A DNA stretch of 64,000 nucleotides from the NCBI GenBank assembly GCA_913047775.1, contig CAJWUE010000001.1, forward strand, positions 15,390 through 79,389, given 5' to 3'. Every line of letters begins with the position of its first letter. The first letter of the stretch is position 1. Source of the stretch: an uncultured Rhodobiaceae bacterium (GTDB lineage: Bacteria > Pseudomonadota > Alphaproteobacteria > MED-G09). A model generated the notes under the pieces. The model was not told where the DNA came from. It made no database searches and worked only from the letters and a program-made list of their open reading frames with translations. The position numbers and the translations under genes were made by a program. Below, piece after piece: positions 49,463 through 59,495 of the stretch.

Positions 49463-51085
49463 CTATAATCTCGCGACTCCAAAACTATTTGGTTGAAGAG
49501 ATCTATTCTTACCTTCGAGGCAAGTATCAATCGAAAATGCTAAAACCTTTCGAGTTTCACGAGGATCTATTAAACCATCGTCCATAGATAAACCAGATGT
49601 ATAAAATGCATCTGATTGTTTATCAAAATGTTCAATAATATTTTTTGATTGTTGTTCTATAATTTTTTTATCAATTTGTTGATTACGTCTTTCTGCTGCG
49701 GCTTCCATAACTATGGTCATTGTTTTTGCTGCCTGTTCTCCACCCATAACTCCGATTTGTATGTTAGGCCAACTAAAAAGGAATGCTGGATCATATCCGT
49801 AGCCAGACATCCCATAGTTTCCTGCACCAAAACTCGCACCAATCATAAATGTTATTCTAGGAACACGTACATTTGAAACGGCTTGAATCATCTTAGATCC
49901 ATTTTTAATCATTCCACCTTGCTCATGCTCACGTCCTACCATAAACCCAGTTATATTTTGTAAAAAAACCAAAGGTATGTCGGCTTGATCGCACAATTGC
50001 ATAAACTGAGAAGCTTTGGTTGCCCCATCATTGTCGATAGCCCCATTGTTGGCTAGAATACCACAAGATTTACCATGAACTTTTGCTTGTATACATAAGG
50101 TTTCTTCACCATAAAAAGGTTTAAAATCATCAAACTCCGATCCATCAACTATTCTCGCAATCACCTCTCTTACATCGTAGAATTTTCTATAATTAAGTGG
50201 GACTATTCCAGCTATTTCATCTGGATTATAAATAGGTTCAGAAAAGTTAGCACTTTTATGAACTGAAGATCTTTTATTCCAATCTAAACGATCAATAATA
50301 TCCCTAGCAATAAGAAGTCCTGACAAATCATCTTCCGCAAGATACTCTACTAAACCCGAAACAGAAGCGTGCATTTTGGCGCCTCCAAGCTCTTCTTCGT
50401 CAGTTTCTTCTCCTGTAGCTGCTTTTAATAAAGCCTGACCTGCTAAAAATGCTCTACCTCTGTCTTTAACAGCAACTACATAATCACTCATTCCAGTCAT
50501 ATATGCACCTCCAGCAGTTGAAGCTCCATGCAATATAGCAATAGTTGGTATTCCAGCAGCACTTAATTTTGCAAGGTTACCAAATAGTCGACCAAAATTT
50601 AACCAATTCTCAACATGGTATCTTGATAAATCTGCTCCAGCACTTTCTACAAGATGAATAAAGGGAAGTTTTTGTTGTAATGCAATATCTTGAGCGCGTG
50701 CGAGTTTTGCGCCAGATCCTTCAGTTATAGCCCCTGCCTTAATACCGCTGTCGTCAACAATAATCATACATCTGACACCATTAATGAATCCAATACCTAT
50801 AATTATGCTTGCTCCCGGTACACTTTTATCTCTATCCTCAACGTCTAGAAGATAACCACCCATGTTTCCCAATTCCATAAAAGGCATTCCGGCGTCAAGG
50901 ATATGCATTAGACGGTCTCTAGGTGTAAGTTGATTGCGTTCTAGGAATCTGGGTTTTCTTTTTTCAGATAAATCTTCCGCTCTTTTTAAAAGAGAATTCA
51001 TCTTTTCAATTAATTCGAGCATTTCTGAACGATTGGTTAAATAACTCTCAGAACTTACATTAATCTTTGACTCAAATACTGTCAT
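49463..51085 (-). CDS. mccB: 3-methylcrotonyl-CoA carboxylase beta subunit (carboxyltransferase)
   Basis: Carboxyltransferase domains, 540 aa, context. Confidence 0.85.
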   Translation of the reverse strand: MTVFESKINVSSESYLTNRSEMLELIEKMNSLLKRAEDLSEKRKPRFLERNQLTPRDRLMHILDAGMPFMELGNMGGYLLDVEDRDKSVPGASIIIGIGFINGVRCMIIVDDSGIKAGAITEGSGAKLARAQDIALQQKLPFIHLVESAGADLSRYHVENWLNFGRLFGNLAKLSAAGIPTIAILHGASTAGGAYMTGMSDYVVAVKDRGRAFLAGQALLKAATGEETDEEELGGAKMHASVSGLVEYLAEDDLSGLLIARDIIDRLDWNKRSSVHKSANFSEPIYNPDEIAGIVPLNYRKFYDVREVIARIVDGSEFDDFKPFYGEETLCIQAKVHGKSCGILANNGAIDNDGATKASQFMQLCDQADIPLVFLQNITGFMVGREHEQGGMIKNGSKMIQAVSNVRVPRITFMIGASFGAGNYGMSGYGYDPAFLFSWPNIQIGVMGGEQAAKTMTIVMEAAAERRNQQIDKKIIEQQSKNIIEHFDKQSDAFYTSGLSMDDGLIDPRETRKVLAFSIDTCLEGKNRSLQPNSFGVARL

Positions 51086-52881
51086 ATTAAATCCTTCGGA
51101 ACAGGTATTAATGTATCAAGAATTATCTGAGCATAGCCTTTGCCTTGCGGATCATTTCTTAAGCTCGTAATTCCACCACCACCAAGAACATCATGAAGTA
51201 AGAAATTAATAGAATTACTTCCTGGGAGTAAAAATCTCTCCACATTACCTTCTAGAAAATGAGAAAAACGATCTTTAATTAGGTCTTCTGTTAATATCTT
51301 ACAAATATAAGGATAATACTCCTCTGAACGTGCAATAATACCTATATTAGCCTTGTTTCCCTTATCTCCGCTTCTTCCCCAAGCTAACTGAATTAAAGGA
51401 ACTAAGGTCATTTCTTTTTGATCTGCCTTAGGTATTTTAGGTTCTTGTGGTCTTGTAACCTCTTCACTTTTTAGTGATTTTTTGGACTTATGTTTGAAAT
51501 CTTTTCCTTTGCCGTCGGTGATAATTTTAAGTTGAACTTCATCCTTCGGAATAGCAAATGAGAAAAGTCTTACAACCGGAGAAGGTTTTGGTCGCGTCCC
51601 CGCGAATCCAGAGAGTCCTGGAGGCGTCGATAAGCCTAAACCTGTAATCTCCCGAAGAAGAATTTTTATACCTACAGCATCCTCATGTTTGGCTGCTATC
51701 TTGGCTACTACCTCTCTCGATCCATCAATAGATCTATGTTCGCCATATTGACTCTCGTTCCCAATAATTTCTACACTTGTTTCGGTAAAATCAGCAATAT
51801 TATTCTTTCGAAGCCCTTGTCTCGCCCGCTCAAAGGCTGCTTTGGAAAACATCTCTGCTTTTTTATCTGCTTCAATTCCGTAATAAGTAAGCATTGCGCC
51901 TCCACGGAAACCTTCTTTATAAGTTAAGCTAACTTTATAATTTTCGGGAGCTTTGTATCCTTTTGCATTCTTAACTAAAACCTGGTCCTTTCCTACACTA
52001 TCTATCTCAACGTCAGAAAAATCACAAACTACGTCAGGTAATATATATGCCTGAGGGTCACCTATTTCATAAAGCATTTGCTCAGCTATAGTTCCTTTAG
52101 TGATTAGACCGCCTGTATCTTCAGGTTTACTGCAAATAAAAGTTCCATCTTCAGATATTTCGGTGATGGGATATCCAATATTAGCCAAGTTGTCTATTGC
52201 TTCTTGCCAATCTGTAAAATTTCCACCTGTCGCTTGGGTTCCGCATTCAAGAATATGACCAGCTAGACTGCCTCCCGCCAATTTATCCAAATCATCGGGT
52301 GACCATCCAAATTCGTAAATACAAGCTCCGAGAGTTACGGCGCTATCAACGCTTCTCCCTGTTATAATGATATCAGCGCCATCATTAAGGGCTGATGCAA
52401 TAGGAAAAGCTCCTAGATAGGCGTTCACACTAAGAATATTATCTTTTTCGGGAAATTTTTCCCTAGAATACATCTCTTCATAATTTTGATCGGACAGCTC
52501 TTCAATCCTGGTAATAAGATCATCACCAAGAATTGTAGCTACCTTTAAATTCACACCTGCATCAGAAATCAGGTTCTCAACAATTTCAGCGCATGCCAAA
52601 GGGTTAACGCCACCAGCATTCGATATAATCTTTATCCCTTTACGATCAATTTCAGATAAATTTGGTGCTATTAAATCTTGAATAAAATCAGTTGCATAAC
52701 CTAATTTCTCATTCTTAGCTCGTGCTCTAGCCATTATAGACATTGTAATTTCTGCAAGATAATCAGAGACCAAATAATTAACATTTCCTTTAGAAACTAG
52801 CTGAGCACTTGCTAAGGATGCATCTCCCCAGAATCCACTTGCTCCGCCTATTCTTATTTTCTTCGACAAACTTATTCCCAA
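51082..52881 (-). CDS. Acyclic terpene utilisation AtuA-family protein (DUF1446), TTG start
   Basis: N-terminus 'IRIGGASGFWGD' characteristic of AtuA/DUF1446. 599 aa, first gene of the operon. Confidence 0.6.
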   Translation of the reverse strand: MGISLSKKIRIGGASGFWGDASLASAQLVSKGNVNYLVSDYLAEITMSIMARARAKNEKLGYATDFIQDLIAPNLSEIDRKGIKIISNAGGVNPLACAEIVENLISDAGVNLKVATILGDDLITRIEELSDQNYEEMYSREKFPEKDNILSVNAYLGAFPIASALNDGADIIITGRSVDSAVTLGACIYEFGWSPDDLDKLAGGSLAGHILECGTQATGGNFTDWQEAIDNLANIGYPITEISEDGTFICSKPEDTGGLITKGTIAEQMLYEIGDPQAYILPDVVCDFSDVEIDSVGKDQVLVKNAKGYKAPENYKVSLTYKEGFRGGAMLTYYGIEADKKAEMFSKAAFERARQGLRKNNIADFTETSVEIIGNESQYGEHRSIDGSREVVAKIAAKHEDAVGIKILLREITGLGLSTPPGLSGFAGTRPKPSPVVRLFSFAIPKDEVQLKIITDGKGKDFKHKSKKSLKSEEVTRPQEPKIPKADQKEMTLVPLIQLAWGRSGDKGNKANIGIIARSEEYYPYICKILTEDLIKDRFSHFLEGNVERFLLPGSNSINFLLHDVLGGGGITSLRNDPQGKGYAQIILDTLIPVPKDLI

Positions 52882-53004
52882 ATCGTTAAGATTTAATCTT
52901 ACATTACATTAGATTAACGGTATTTCTTGATTTGTCATCTCTATAGTGAATCAACGTTTTCGATTGGTTGGACTTGATCAAAAAGATAGTCTACCTTCAC
53001 TAAA

Positions 53005-53646
53005 ATGAAGTTAAAAATTAATTCTCGCTTTATCCTTTGGTCTATCGTTTTAATTTTTTATACGATTTTTTTCTGTTGGTATACAAACCTAAAAGGTCCC
53101 TTATCGACAGAAGAGATTGATTATTATGTAGAACGTTTAATAGAAAATGGCTCAAGTCCTGAAAACATAAAAAATGCTAAAAAATTTTTGATAGAAGATA
53201 AAGGTAAGGATTTTTACATGCTCAATATGATGGACTTTTCCGACAGCCCGCCTGATCTTCCTGAAACAGGACCTAATGCTTCGGCGTCTGATCTCATGAA
53301 TCATTATATGGAATATATGTTTCCAGAATTGTTATCACGCGCCTGTCACCCTATATTTGCCGGGAAGATGGTTTTTCAAGCCCTAGATTTGACAGGAATT
53401 GAGAACGCTGAATTATGGGATCAAGGGGCTATCATGCGGTACCGTAGTCGTCGGGATATGTTGGAAATCAGCGTTAATCCTATTTTTTCTAATAGGCATG
53501 ATTATAAAATAGGCGCTTTGGATAAGACTATAGCCGCCCCAGTAGAAGCTGACATAATTCTAGTTGATTTTAGATTTTTATTGGCACTAATTCTATTTTC
53601 GGTTGCGTCTCTTATCGATTTGGCACTATTTAGAAAAAGAGTTTAA
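53005..53646 (+). CDS. Hypothetical membrane-anchored protein
   Basis: 213 aa with N- and C-terminal TM helices and a soluble middle region. Confidence 0.35.
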   Translation: MKLKINSRFILWSIVLIFYTIFFCWYTNLKGPLSTEEIDYYVERLIENGSSPENIKNAKKFLIEDKGKDFYMLNMMDFSDSPPDLPETGPNASASDLMNHYMEYMFPELLSRACHPIFAGKMVFQALDLTGIENAELWDQGAIMRYRSRRDMLEISVNPIFSNRHDYKIGALDKTIAAPVEADIILVDFRFLLALILFSVASLIDLALFRKRV

Positions 53647-54218
53647 TAAATATTAACAAGCCATATCATAACGAAATGCAATATAAAACCGTATGAGCTA
53701 AGCGCAAAAATTAATCTGAATGAAGCTAATCTTTCGGATGCTAACAATATCGATTTTATAAACAATGGTATAAACAAGAACAGCGCTGTTAACATACCTG
53801 GACTATAATCTGTTTGCAAAGTGGCAACACCCAAATGAAACGCTCCGTTAGCAAGAGCGGCACTATTCACGAATAGGAAAATTAACGCAAACAGTTTGGT
53901 TGAAGGTTTAAACAAGTATAGGATCAGAGCAGGAATATAGGCAAATCCATTAACCAAAACAACCTCGGCAGGCGATATATCCAAACCTGAACGATAAGCC
54001 CAATTTAAAAAATGATATGTATCACCTAAAAGAATCGGTGAGATGATATATTCGTCTACTTGGTGGAAGGTTAAAACAAATAAAGGTAGGGATGTGAAGA
54101 AATAAGGGCTGTTTTTTCTCTTCAACAAGATTGTAACGATAGAAGCAACTATCAATCCGAACAAAAAAATATTTTGCATTGTCAGAACATATACATGTTG
54201 GAATAAAGGGTTCATCAA
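53643..54218 (-). CDS. Hypothetical polytopic membrane protein (possible HxxEE-like motif 'HQVDEY')
   Basis: 191 aa, five or six TM helices. Confidence 0.4.
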   Translation of the reverse strand: MMNPLFQHVYVLTMQNIFLFGLIVASIVTILLKRKNSPYFFTSLPLFVLTFHQVDEYIISPILLGDTYHFLNWAYRSGLDISPAEVVLVNGFAYIPALILYLFKPSTKLFALIFLFVNSAALANGAFHLGVATLQTDYSPGMLTALFLFIPLFIKSILLASERLASFRLIFALSSYGFILHFVMIWLVNIY

Positions 54219-54232
54219 TAACTCAAAAAAAT

Positions 54233-55414
54233 TTAAGTTACTCTAGCTTCAGGAAAGATCCTTAAGAAATTTTCGGAATAAAATAAATTCCGTATGTCTT
54301 CACTCCGATTCCCTAAAGAGGATTCAAATCTTCCAATGGGGTCCTTTCCTCCTTCGGTATGAGGATAATCGCTAGAAAAAAGATAGAGTTCAGGGTGGGA
54401 TTGGTCAATGAAGGTACCAACATCTTCAAAAACATAAGGTGTAAAAGCCATCTGACTTATCAGCTGCTCTGATGGGGTTCTTTTTATTGAACCTAAATTT
54501 TTGTCTACCTTGCGCCAAGTTTTAACCACCCAATCTAATCTTTTCAGCATTTCCGGAACCCATCCGGCGCCCAACTCAACACTGGCTCCTCTAAGATTCG
54601 GAAAACGTTCAAATACACCGTCCAAAACCATCATAGATAAGAAGGTCTCGGGACCTTGGTGAAGAACAACCATATCCTTTGCACGAACATTTTCTCCACC
54701 GCCCATCCAATCTTTACTGGGGGGTAGTCCGTTGTTATTCCATTTTTTATCTAACTGTAAAGGGGATCCTCCAACATGCAGAACAAATGGTATCCCTTCC
54801 TGTTCAAGTCTCAACCAAAAGGGATCGAGATCAATATGACCAGGAGATCGTTCTCCGCTTGCATAATGGGGAATCCATATCGCTTTTAAACCTGACTTTA
54901 TTGCAAAATCTAATTCCATAAGAGCCAATCTTGGTTCATGTAAAGGGATTATCCCTACCCCCATCAATCTTGAATCTTCATAACAAAAATCAGCCATTGC
55001 TCTGTTATGAGCCCGTGTCGCACCGTATCGAACTTCCGTAGAAAACTTTGATCCCGCATGAAAAGATGTTACAGCGCTATGAGTAGAAAAAACCAATTGT
55101 TTTTTGAATCCAAGCATGTCCAAAGCTGTAGTTCTATCTTTACGATCAAAAGCCCCTAATGCCTGTATTTCTTTGGATTTAACGATTAATTCGTCTCCAA
55201 AATTAACTTGTTCAACAACATGATCTTTAGAATGTTTACTGCCATTTGCGACAATCTTCTCAACTTCCTCATCAGTGACAAGAGATGCGTTATAATTAAC
55301 AGGCGGGATAAGGTTCTTAAATTCTTCATCAGCATAATCAATAATAAAATTTGGTAATTCCATTATATGGCTATCAGCATCATAAAACGCCCTATTTGTT
55401 GGTGCGTAAGTCAT
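54233..55414 (-). CDS. Amidohydrolase-2 family (ACMSD/LigW-like) metal-dependent hydrolase or decarboxylase
   Basis: 'HVGGSP' and C-terminal 'SDYPHTEG' motifs. Confidence 0.55.
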   Translation of the reverse strand: MTYAPTNRAFYDADSHIMELPNFIIDYADEEFKNLIPPVNYNASLVTDEEVEKIVANGSKHSKDHVVEQVNFGDELIVKSKEIQALGAFDRKDRTTALDMLGFKKQLVFSTHSAVTSFHAGSKFSTEVRYGATRAHNRAMADFCYEDSRLMGVGIIPLHEPRLALMELDFAIKSGLKAIWIPHYASGERSPGHIDLDPFWLRLEQEGIPFVLHVGGSPLQLDKKWNNNGLPPSKDWMGGGENVRAKDMVVLHQGPETFLSMMVLDGVFERFPNLRGASVELGAGWVPEMLKRLDWVVKTWRKVDKNLGSIKRTPSEQLISQMAFTPYVFEDVGTFIDQSHPELYLFSSDYPHTEGGKDPIGRFESSLGNRSEDIRNLFYSENFLRIFPEARVT

Positions 55415-55432
55415 TTATACCTCCTAAAATTA

Positions 55433-56254
55433 TTATCTTCCTTTAAAAACCGGTTCTTTTTTTTCAACAAAAGCCTTCGTCGCATTTCTGTGATCTTCTG
55501 TCTGTCCACAATGGATGTGATGAGTGGCTTCTAAATCCAAACAATCGTCAACTTCTCCAGACATAGCTCGATTTAAATTTTCTTTCATATAACTGTAGGC
55601 AACCGAAGGTCCGTTAGCAAGTTTAACAGCAATTTCCATTGTTTTTTCTTCTAGTTTCTCAGGTTCACAGACCCAATTGGTCAAACCCAGGCTTAAAGCT
55701 TCAGTTGCCGAGACTCGTTCGGAGAGATAATACAACTCTCTGGCTTTTGCTGATCCCACCAGTTGAGTCATAAAATAACTTCCACCATAATCACCAGAAA
55801 AACCAACCTTTGCAAAAGCAGTTGTCATGATTGCAGTGCTAGCCATGATTCTAAGATCACATGCCAAAGCGTAGGATAAGCCTGCTCCAGCCGCTGCCCC
55901 AGGTAGTGAGGCTAGAGTAGGTTTAGGTATTTTGAACAATTTCCCAGAAGTTGCCCTTTGGTGTTCCCTTTGGCGATGTATAGCCGCATCTATGGTATTC
56001 TTTCCAACTGTGCCATCTCCAGCCGCTGCCATACCTTTGACATCTCCTCCTGCACAAAACCCTTTGCCCGCACCCGTTAGAACAATAGAACGAATCTCGT
56101 TATCCATTTCAAATTGCGCTAACATTTCACTTAAAGCCTGATTCATTTCAGAAGACATGGCATTCCGAGCTTCAGGCCTATTTAACGTTAAAACCCCAAC
56201 TCCATCTTTTTTGGATGCAATTAAATGATCCGTACCTGTATCAATTTTTTTCAT
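55433..56254 (-). CDS. Enoyl-CoA hydratase/isomerase family protein
   Basis: Crotonase 'GKGFCAGGDV' oxyanion-hole motif. Confidence 0.75.
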   Translation of the reverse strand: MKKIDTGTDHLIASKKDGVGVLTLNRPEARNAMSSEMNQALSEMLAQFEMDNEIRSIVLTGAGKGFCAGGDVKGMAAAGDGTVGKNTIDAAIHRQREHQRATSGKLFKIPKPTLASLPGAAAGAGLSYALACDLRIMASTAIMTTAFAKVGFSGDYGGSYFMTQLVGSAKARELYYLSERVSATEALSLGLTNWVCEPEKLEEKTMEIAVKLANGPSVAYSYMKENLNRAMSGEVDDCLDLEATHHIHCGQTEDHRNATKAFVEKKEPVFKGR

Positions 56255-56277
56255 TTATATCTCCAATCCAAGTTTTC

Positions 56278-57747
56278 TTAAGCTACAAAAATTTCCGGTC
56301 TTCGATCCTTCCAAGGTTCAGATTCTTCTAACTGTCTTGCAATATCTATCAGTCTATTTTCTTTTCCCATTGGAGCAAAAAATTGCATTCCTAATGGAAG
56401 ATTATCAGAAAAAATACCACAAGGAACCGAAATTGCCGGTATTCCTGTCATATTTGCAATAGGGGTAGTCGGAATATATTTTCCTGCTTCATCTAACCAA
56501 TCATCCAGAGAACAATCACTATTCAATGTAATTGGTCCGCTAACATTTGGAGTTTTTTTATAAAAAGTTGGGGTTAACATAAGATCCCAGTCATTAAAAA
56601 AATCTCCGAATAATCTACTTAAATGATTTAATGATGCTATAGCTTGATTAAATTCAAGATATGTAATTTTTTCTCCTGCCTTCATCATCTGTAGAGTTAC
56701 AGGTTCTAGAGAACTTGAATCGGCTACCCTATTGGTAAACGGGGCAAGCTCTTTAAGTCCAGCGTAAGCCATTGAATACCACAATATTGAGAACATATTT
56801 ATATGATCTACACTACTTAAATCAGGTGAAACTTCCCCTACCGTATGTCCTAAAACCCTTAAAGACTCACAAATCCGTTCTAATTCGGAGCGAATCTCTG
56901 GTTCCATGCTGCCAGTTGCAAAGTCTTCAAAGTTCACGGCAATCTTATATTTTTTTGGTGATTTTTCCATTATTTCTAAAAAAGATTCATTAGCGAAATT
57001 ATTTAAAATCCCTTCTCCTTTAGCGGGTTTTGAAACTACATCTAGAAATGCCGCAGTATCCCTAACGGTTTTGCTATTACAACCTTCATTAATTAAGGGT
57101 GAGGTTATGTCATTCATAATTGGTCCTAAGCTAACTCTTCCTCTCGATGTTTTTAAGCCAACATTACCACAACAACTTGCTGGTATTCTAGTGGACCCCC
57201 CACCATCATTAGAATGGGCTAAGGGAACGACACCAGATGCTACAAGTGCCGCCGAACCACCACTTGATCCACCCGCAATCTTTTCTCTGTTCCAAGGGTT
57301 TCTGGTAATTCCTTGGGCAATTGATTCAGTTGTCAGGGTTAAACCAAATTCTGGGCATGTGCTTCTTCCAAGAACTTGGAATCCTGAATCTAGAACATTT
57401 TGTGCAAAGTAGGATGTAAAAGGAGAGACAAATCCTTCAGTATATCGAGATCCACTTTCTTGAGGTATTCCGGCAATAGAGGCACCTATGTCCTTTATAA
57501 AAAAAGGAACACCATCAAACTGAGCATCGCCTTTTGCTTTCTCTTTGTATGGTTGATCAAAGAGGGAAACTATAGCGTTCAATTGGTCATTAACTTTGTT
57601 TACTCCCTCCAAAGCTAAACCCGCAACCTCTTCTGAAGTGATTTCACCTTTTTTTATCAAATCTGATAAGCCTAAAGCGTCGTAAGTTACATATTCACTA
57701 AGTTTCATTCTGTTTCCATCCCTTATAATAATATCTATAATACACAA
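56278..57747 (-). CDS. Amidase (amidase-signature family)
   Basis: 'GGSSGGSAA' signature and the Ser-cisSer-Lys region. Confidence 0.8.
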   Translation of the reverse strand: MCIIDIIIRDGNRMKLSEYVTYDALGLSDLIKKGEITSEEVAGLALEGVNKVNDQLNAIVSLFDQPYKEKAKGDAQFDGVPFFIKDIGASIAGIPQESGSRYTEGFVSPFTSYFAQNVLDSGFQVLGRSTCPEFGLTLTTESIAQGITRNPWNREKIAGGSSGGSAALVASGVVPLAHSNDGGGSTRIPASCCGNVGLKTSRGRVSLGPIMNDITSPLINEGCNSKTVRDTAAFLDVVSKPAKGEGILNNFANESFLEIMEKSPKKYKIAVNFEDFATGSMEPEIRSELERICESLRVLGHTVGEVSPDLSSVDHINMFSILWYSMAYAGLKELAPFTNRVADSSSLEPVTLQMMKAGEKITYLEFNQAIASLNHLSRLFGDFFNDWDLMLTPTFYKKTPNVSGPITLNSDCSLDDWLDEAGKYIPTTPIANMTGIPAISVPCGIFSDNLPLGMQFFAPMGKENRLIDIARQLEESEPWKDRRPEIFVA

Positions 57748-57810
57748 AAGATAAAAACTTTTAAGAGCTTAAGAGAATTAAGATTAAATTATAAAACAAT
57801 TACTTCTTTA

Positions 57811-59433
57811 TTAATTTACGACCTTAAAGATGGTGTTTCCAGAATTTGCTCTTAAAAAAATAAAACCATTAGGTTCGAATTTTAATAAATTATTTGATAA
57901 TTTTACTCCACAAGTAATTTGACTGTTAGCGCATTCAACTCCTTCGGCTTTTAGTTTGATACTATCTTTTGCTAAATTAAAAACACACAGAATTATCTTC
58001 TCATCAAATTTTCGGGAAAAGGCTAAAATTTGTTCATGAATATCAATAAAAGTAGTCTTTCCATTACGCAATTCTTTATTATTTTTCCTGAAACTCAGCA
58101 TTAATTTGTAAAAGGACAAAACAGATTCAGGGTCACTGAGTTGCTGATAAGAAGCTCTTTTTAACTGAGAATCTTTAACCGGAAGCCAAGGCTTAACATC
58201 AGAAAAACCTGCATATTCTTTTTCGGAGTTCCAAACCATTGGCGTACGACACCCGTCTCTGCCCTTATTTTCTGGCCAGAAACGTTTTCCAAGTGGATCT
58301 GTTAATTCTTCGAAATCTAAATCAGATTCAGTTTGACCCAATTCTTCACCCTGAAAAAGACAAATTGTGCCCTCTAAGCTTAATAATATTGCCGCTGTTA
58401 GTTTTGCAAAATCTGTTAAGGAATCTTGTTCTTCGCTCCATCTGCTTAGATGGCGAATAACATCATGATTAGAAAACGACCAACAGGGATTTCCATTTGG
58501 AGAAATTTCAAAGAAGTACTCAATAACATCTTTAATATGTTTCGATGAAAATTCTGTTCCGAGCAACTCAAAGCTGTATGCAAGTTGTAATCGCTTATTT
58601 CCTTTTGTGTATTCAGCCATAAGGTCAATATTGCTTATTTCTCCTATTAACGCACAATCCTCATACTGATCTACTAATACTCGAAGATTTTCGATGAAAG
58701 TAATATTTTCAGGCTGGCTTATAGAATGAATATGTTCTTGCATATAATAGGGGTTAACAAGAACGCTCTCAACAGATTGTAAACGAGCAGGATTATCTCT
58801 CAACTTTTTGTCGTGAAAGTAATAATTGACTGTATCCAATCGAAAACCATCTACACCTCTATCAAGCCAAAAACGCACTGTTGATAACAACCAATCTTGA
58901 ACCTCTTTATTATGAAAATTGAAATCTGGTTGGCAAACTAGAAAATTATGCAAATAGTATTGCTTTCGTCTGGCTTCCCACTCCCATGCTACCCCTTCAA
59001 AAATTGACAGCCAATTGTTAGGCGCAGAACCATTAGAAAGGGGGTCAGACCACACATACCAGTCGGATTTCGGATTATTTTTTCCTTCTCTACTCTCTAA
59101 GAAAAAAGGATGCTGATCCGAACTATGAGACAAAACCTGGTCAATCATAACCTTGAGATCTAGAGAGTGAGCTCGATCAACAAGTTCGTCAAAATCCTCT
59201 AAGGTGCCAAATATAGGGTCAATGTTTTTATAATCTGAAACGTCATAACCCATATCTTTCATTGGTGAGGAAAAGATGGGGGAAATCCAAACTGCATCAA
59301 CGCCTAATTCAGCTATATATTCAAGTCTTTTGGTAATTCCTTTTAAATCGCCTATACCATCACTATTAGTATCTTGAAATGAACGCGGATAAATCTGGTA
59401 AATTACTCCGCCACGCCACCATTCTTCCATCAA
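57811..59433 (-). CDS. GH13 alpha-glucosidase / oligo-1,6-glucosidase-like
   Basis: 'VDAVWISPIF', 'GVDGFRLDTVNY', 'GEELGQ'. Confidence 0.8.
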   Translation of the reverse strand: MMEEWWRGGVIYQIYPRSFQDTNSDGIGDLKGITKRLEYIAELGVDAVWISPIFSSPMKDMGYDVSDYKNIDPIFGTLEDFDELVDRAHSLDLKVMIDQVLSHSSDQHPFFLESREGKNNPKSDWYVWSDPLSNGSAPNNWLSIFEGVAWEWEARRKQYYLHNFLVCQPDFNFHNKEVQDWLLSTVRFWLDRGVDGFRLDTVNYYFHDKKLRDNPARLQSVESVLVNPYYMQEHIHSISQPENITFIENLRVLVDQYEDCALIGEISNIDLMAEYTKGNKRLQLAYSFELLGTEFSSKHIKDVIEYFFEISPNGNPCWSFSNHDVIRHLSRWSEEQDSLTDFAKLTAAILLSLEGTICLFQGEELGQTESDLDFEELTDPLGKRFWPENKGRDGCRTPMVWNSEKEYAGFSDVKPWLPVKDSQLKRASYQQLSDPESVLSFYKLMLSFRKNNKELRNGKTTFIDIHEQILAFSRKFDEKIILCVFNLAKDSIKLKAEGVECANSQITCGVKLSNNLLKFEPNGFIFLRANSGNTIFKVVN

Positions 59434-59495
59434 TTAATTCCTAACAAACGTCTTTAAAAACTTCTTAATAAAAATTTATACGTAGATAAGTATTT

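Noticed and set aside
57870-57890. 'aggttcgaatttt' resembling a tRNA T-loop (GGTTCGAAT)
   Set aside because: It is inside the alpha-glucosidase coding sequence, with no acceptor or anticodon stems around it. No tRNA is present in the window.
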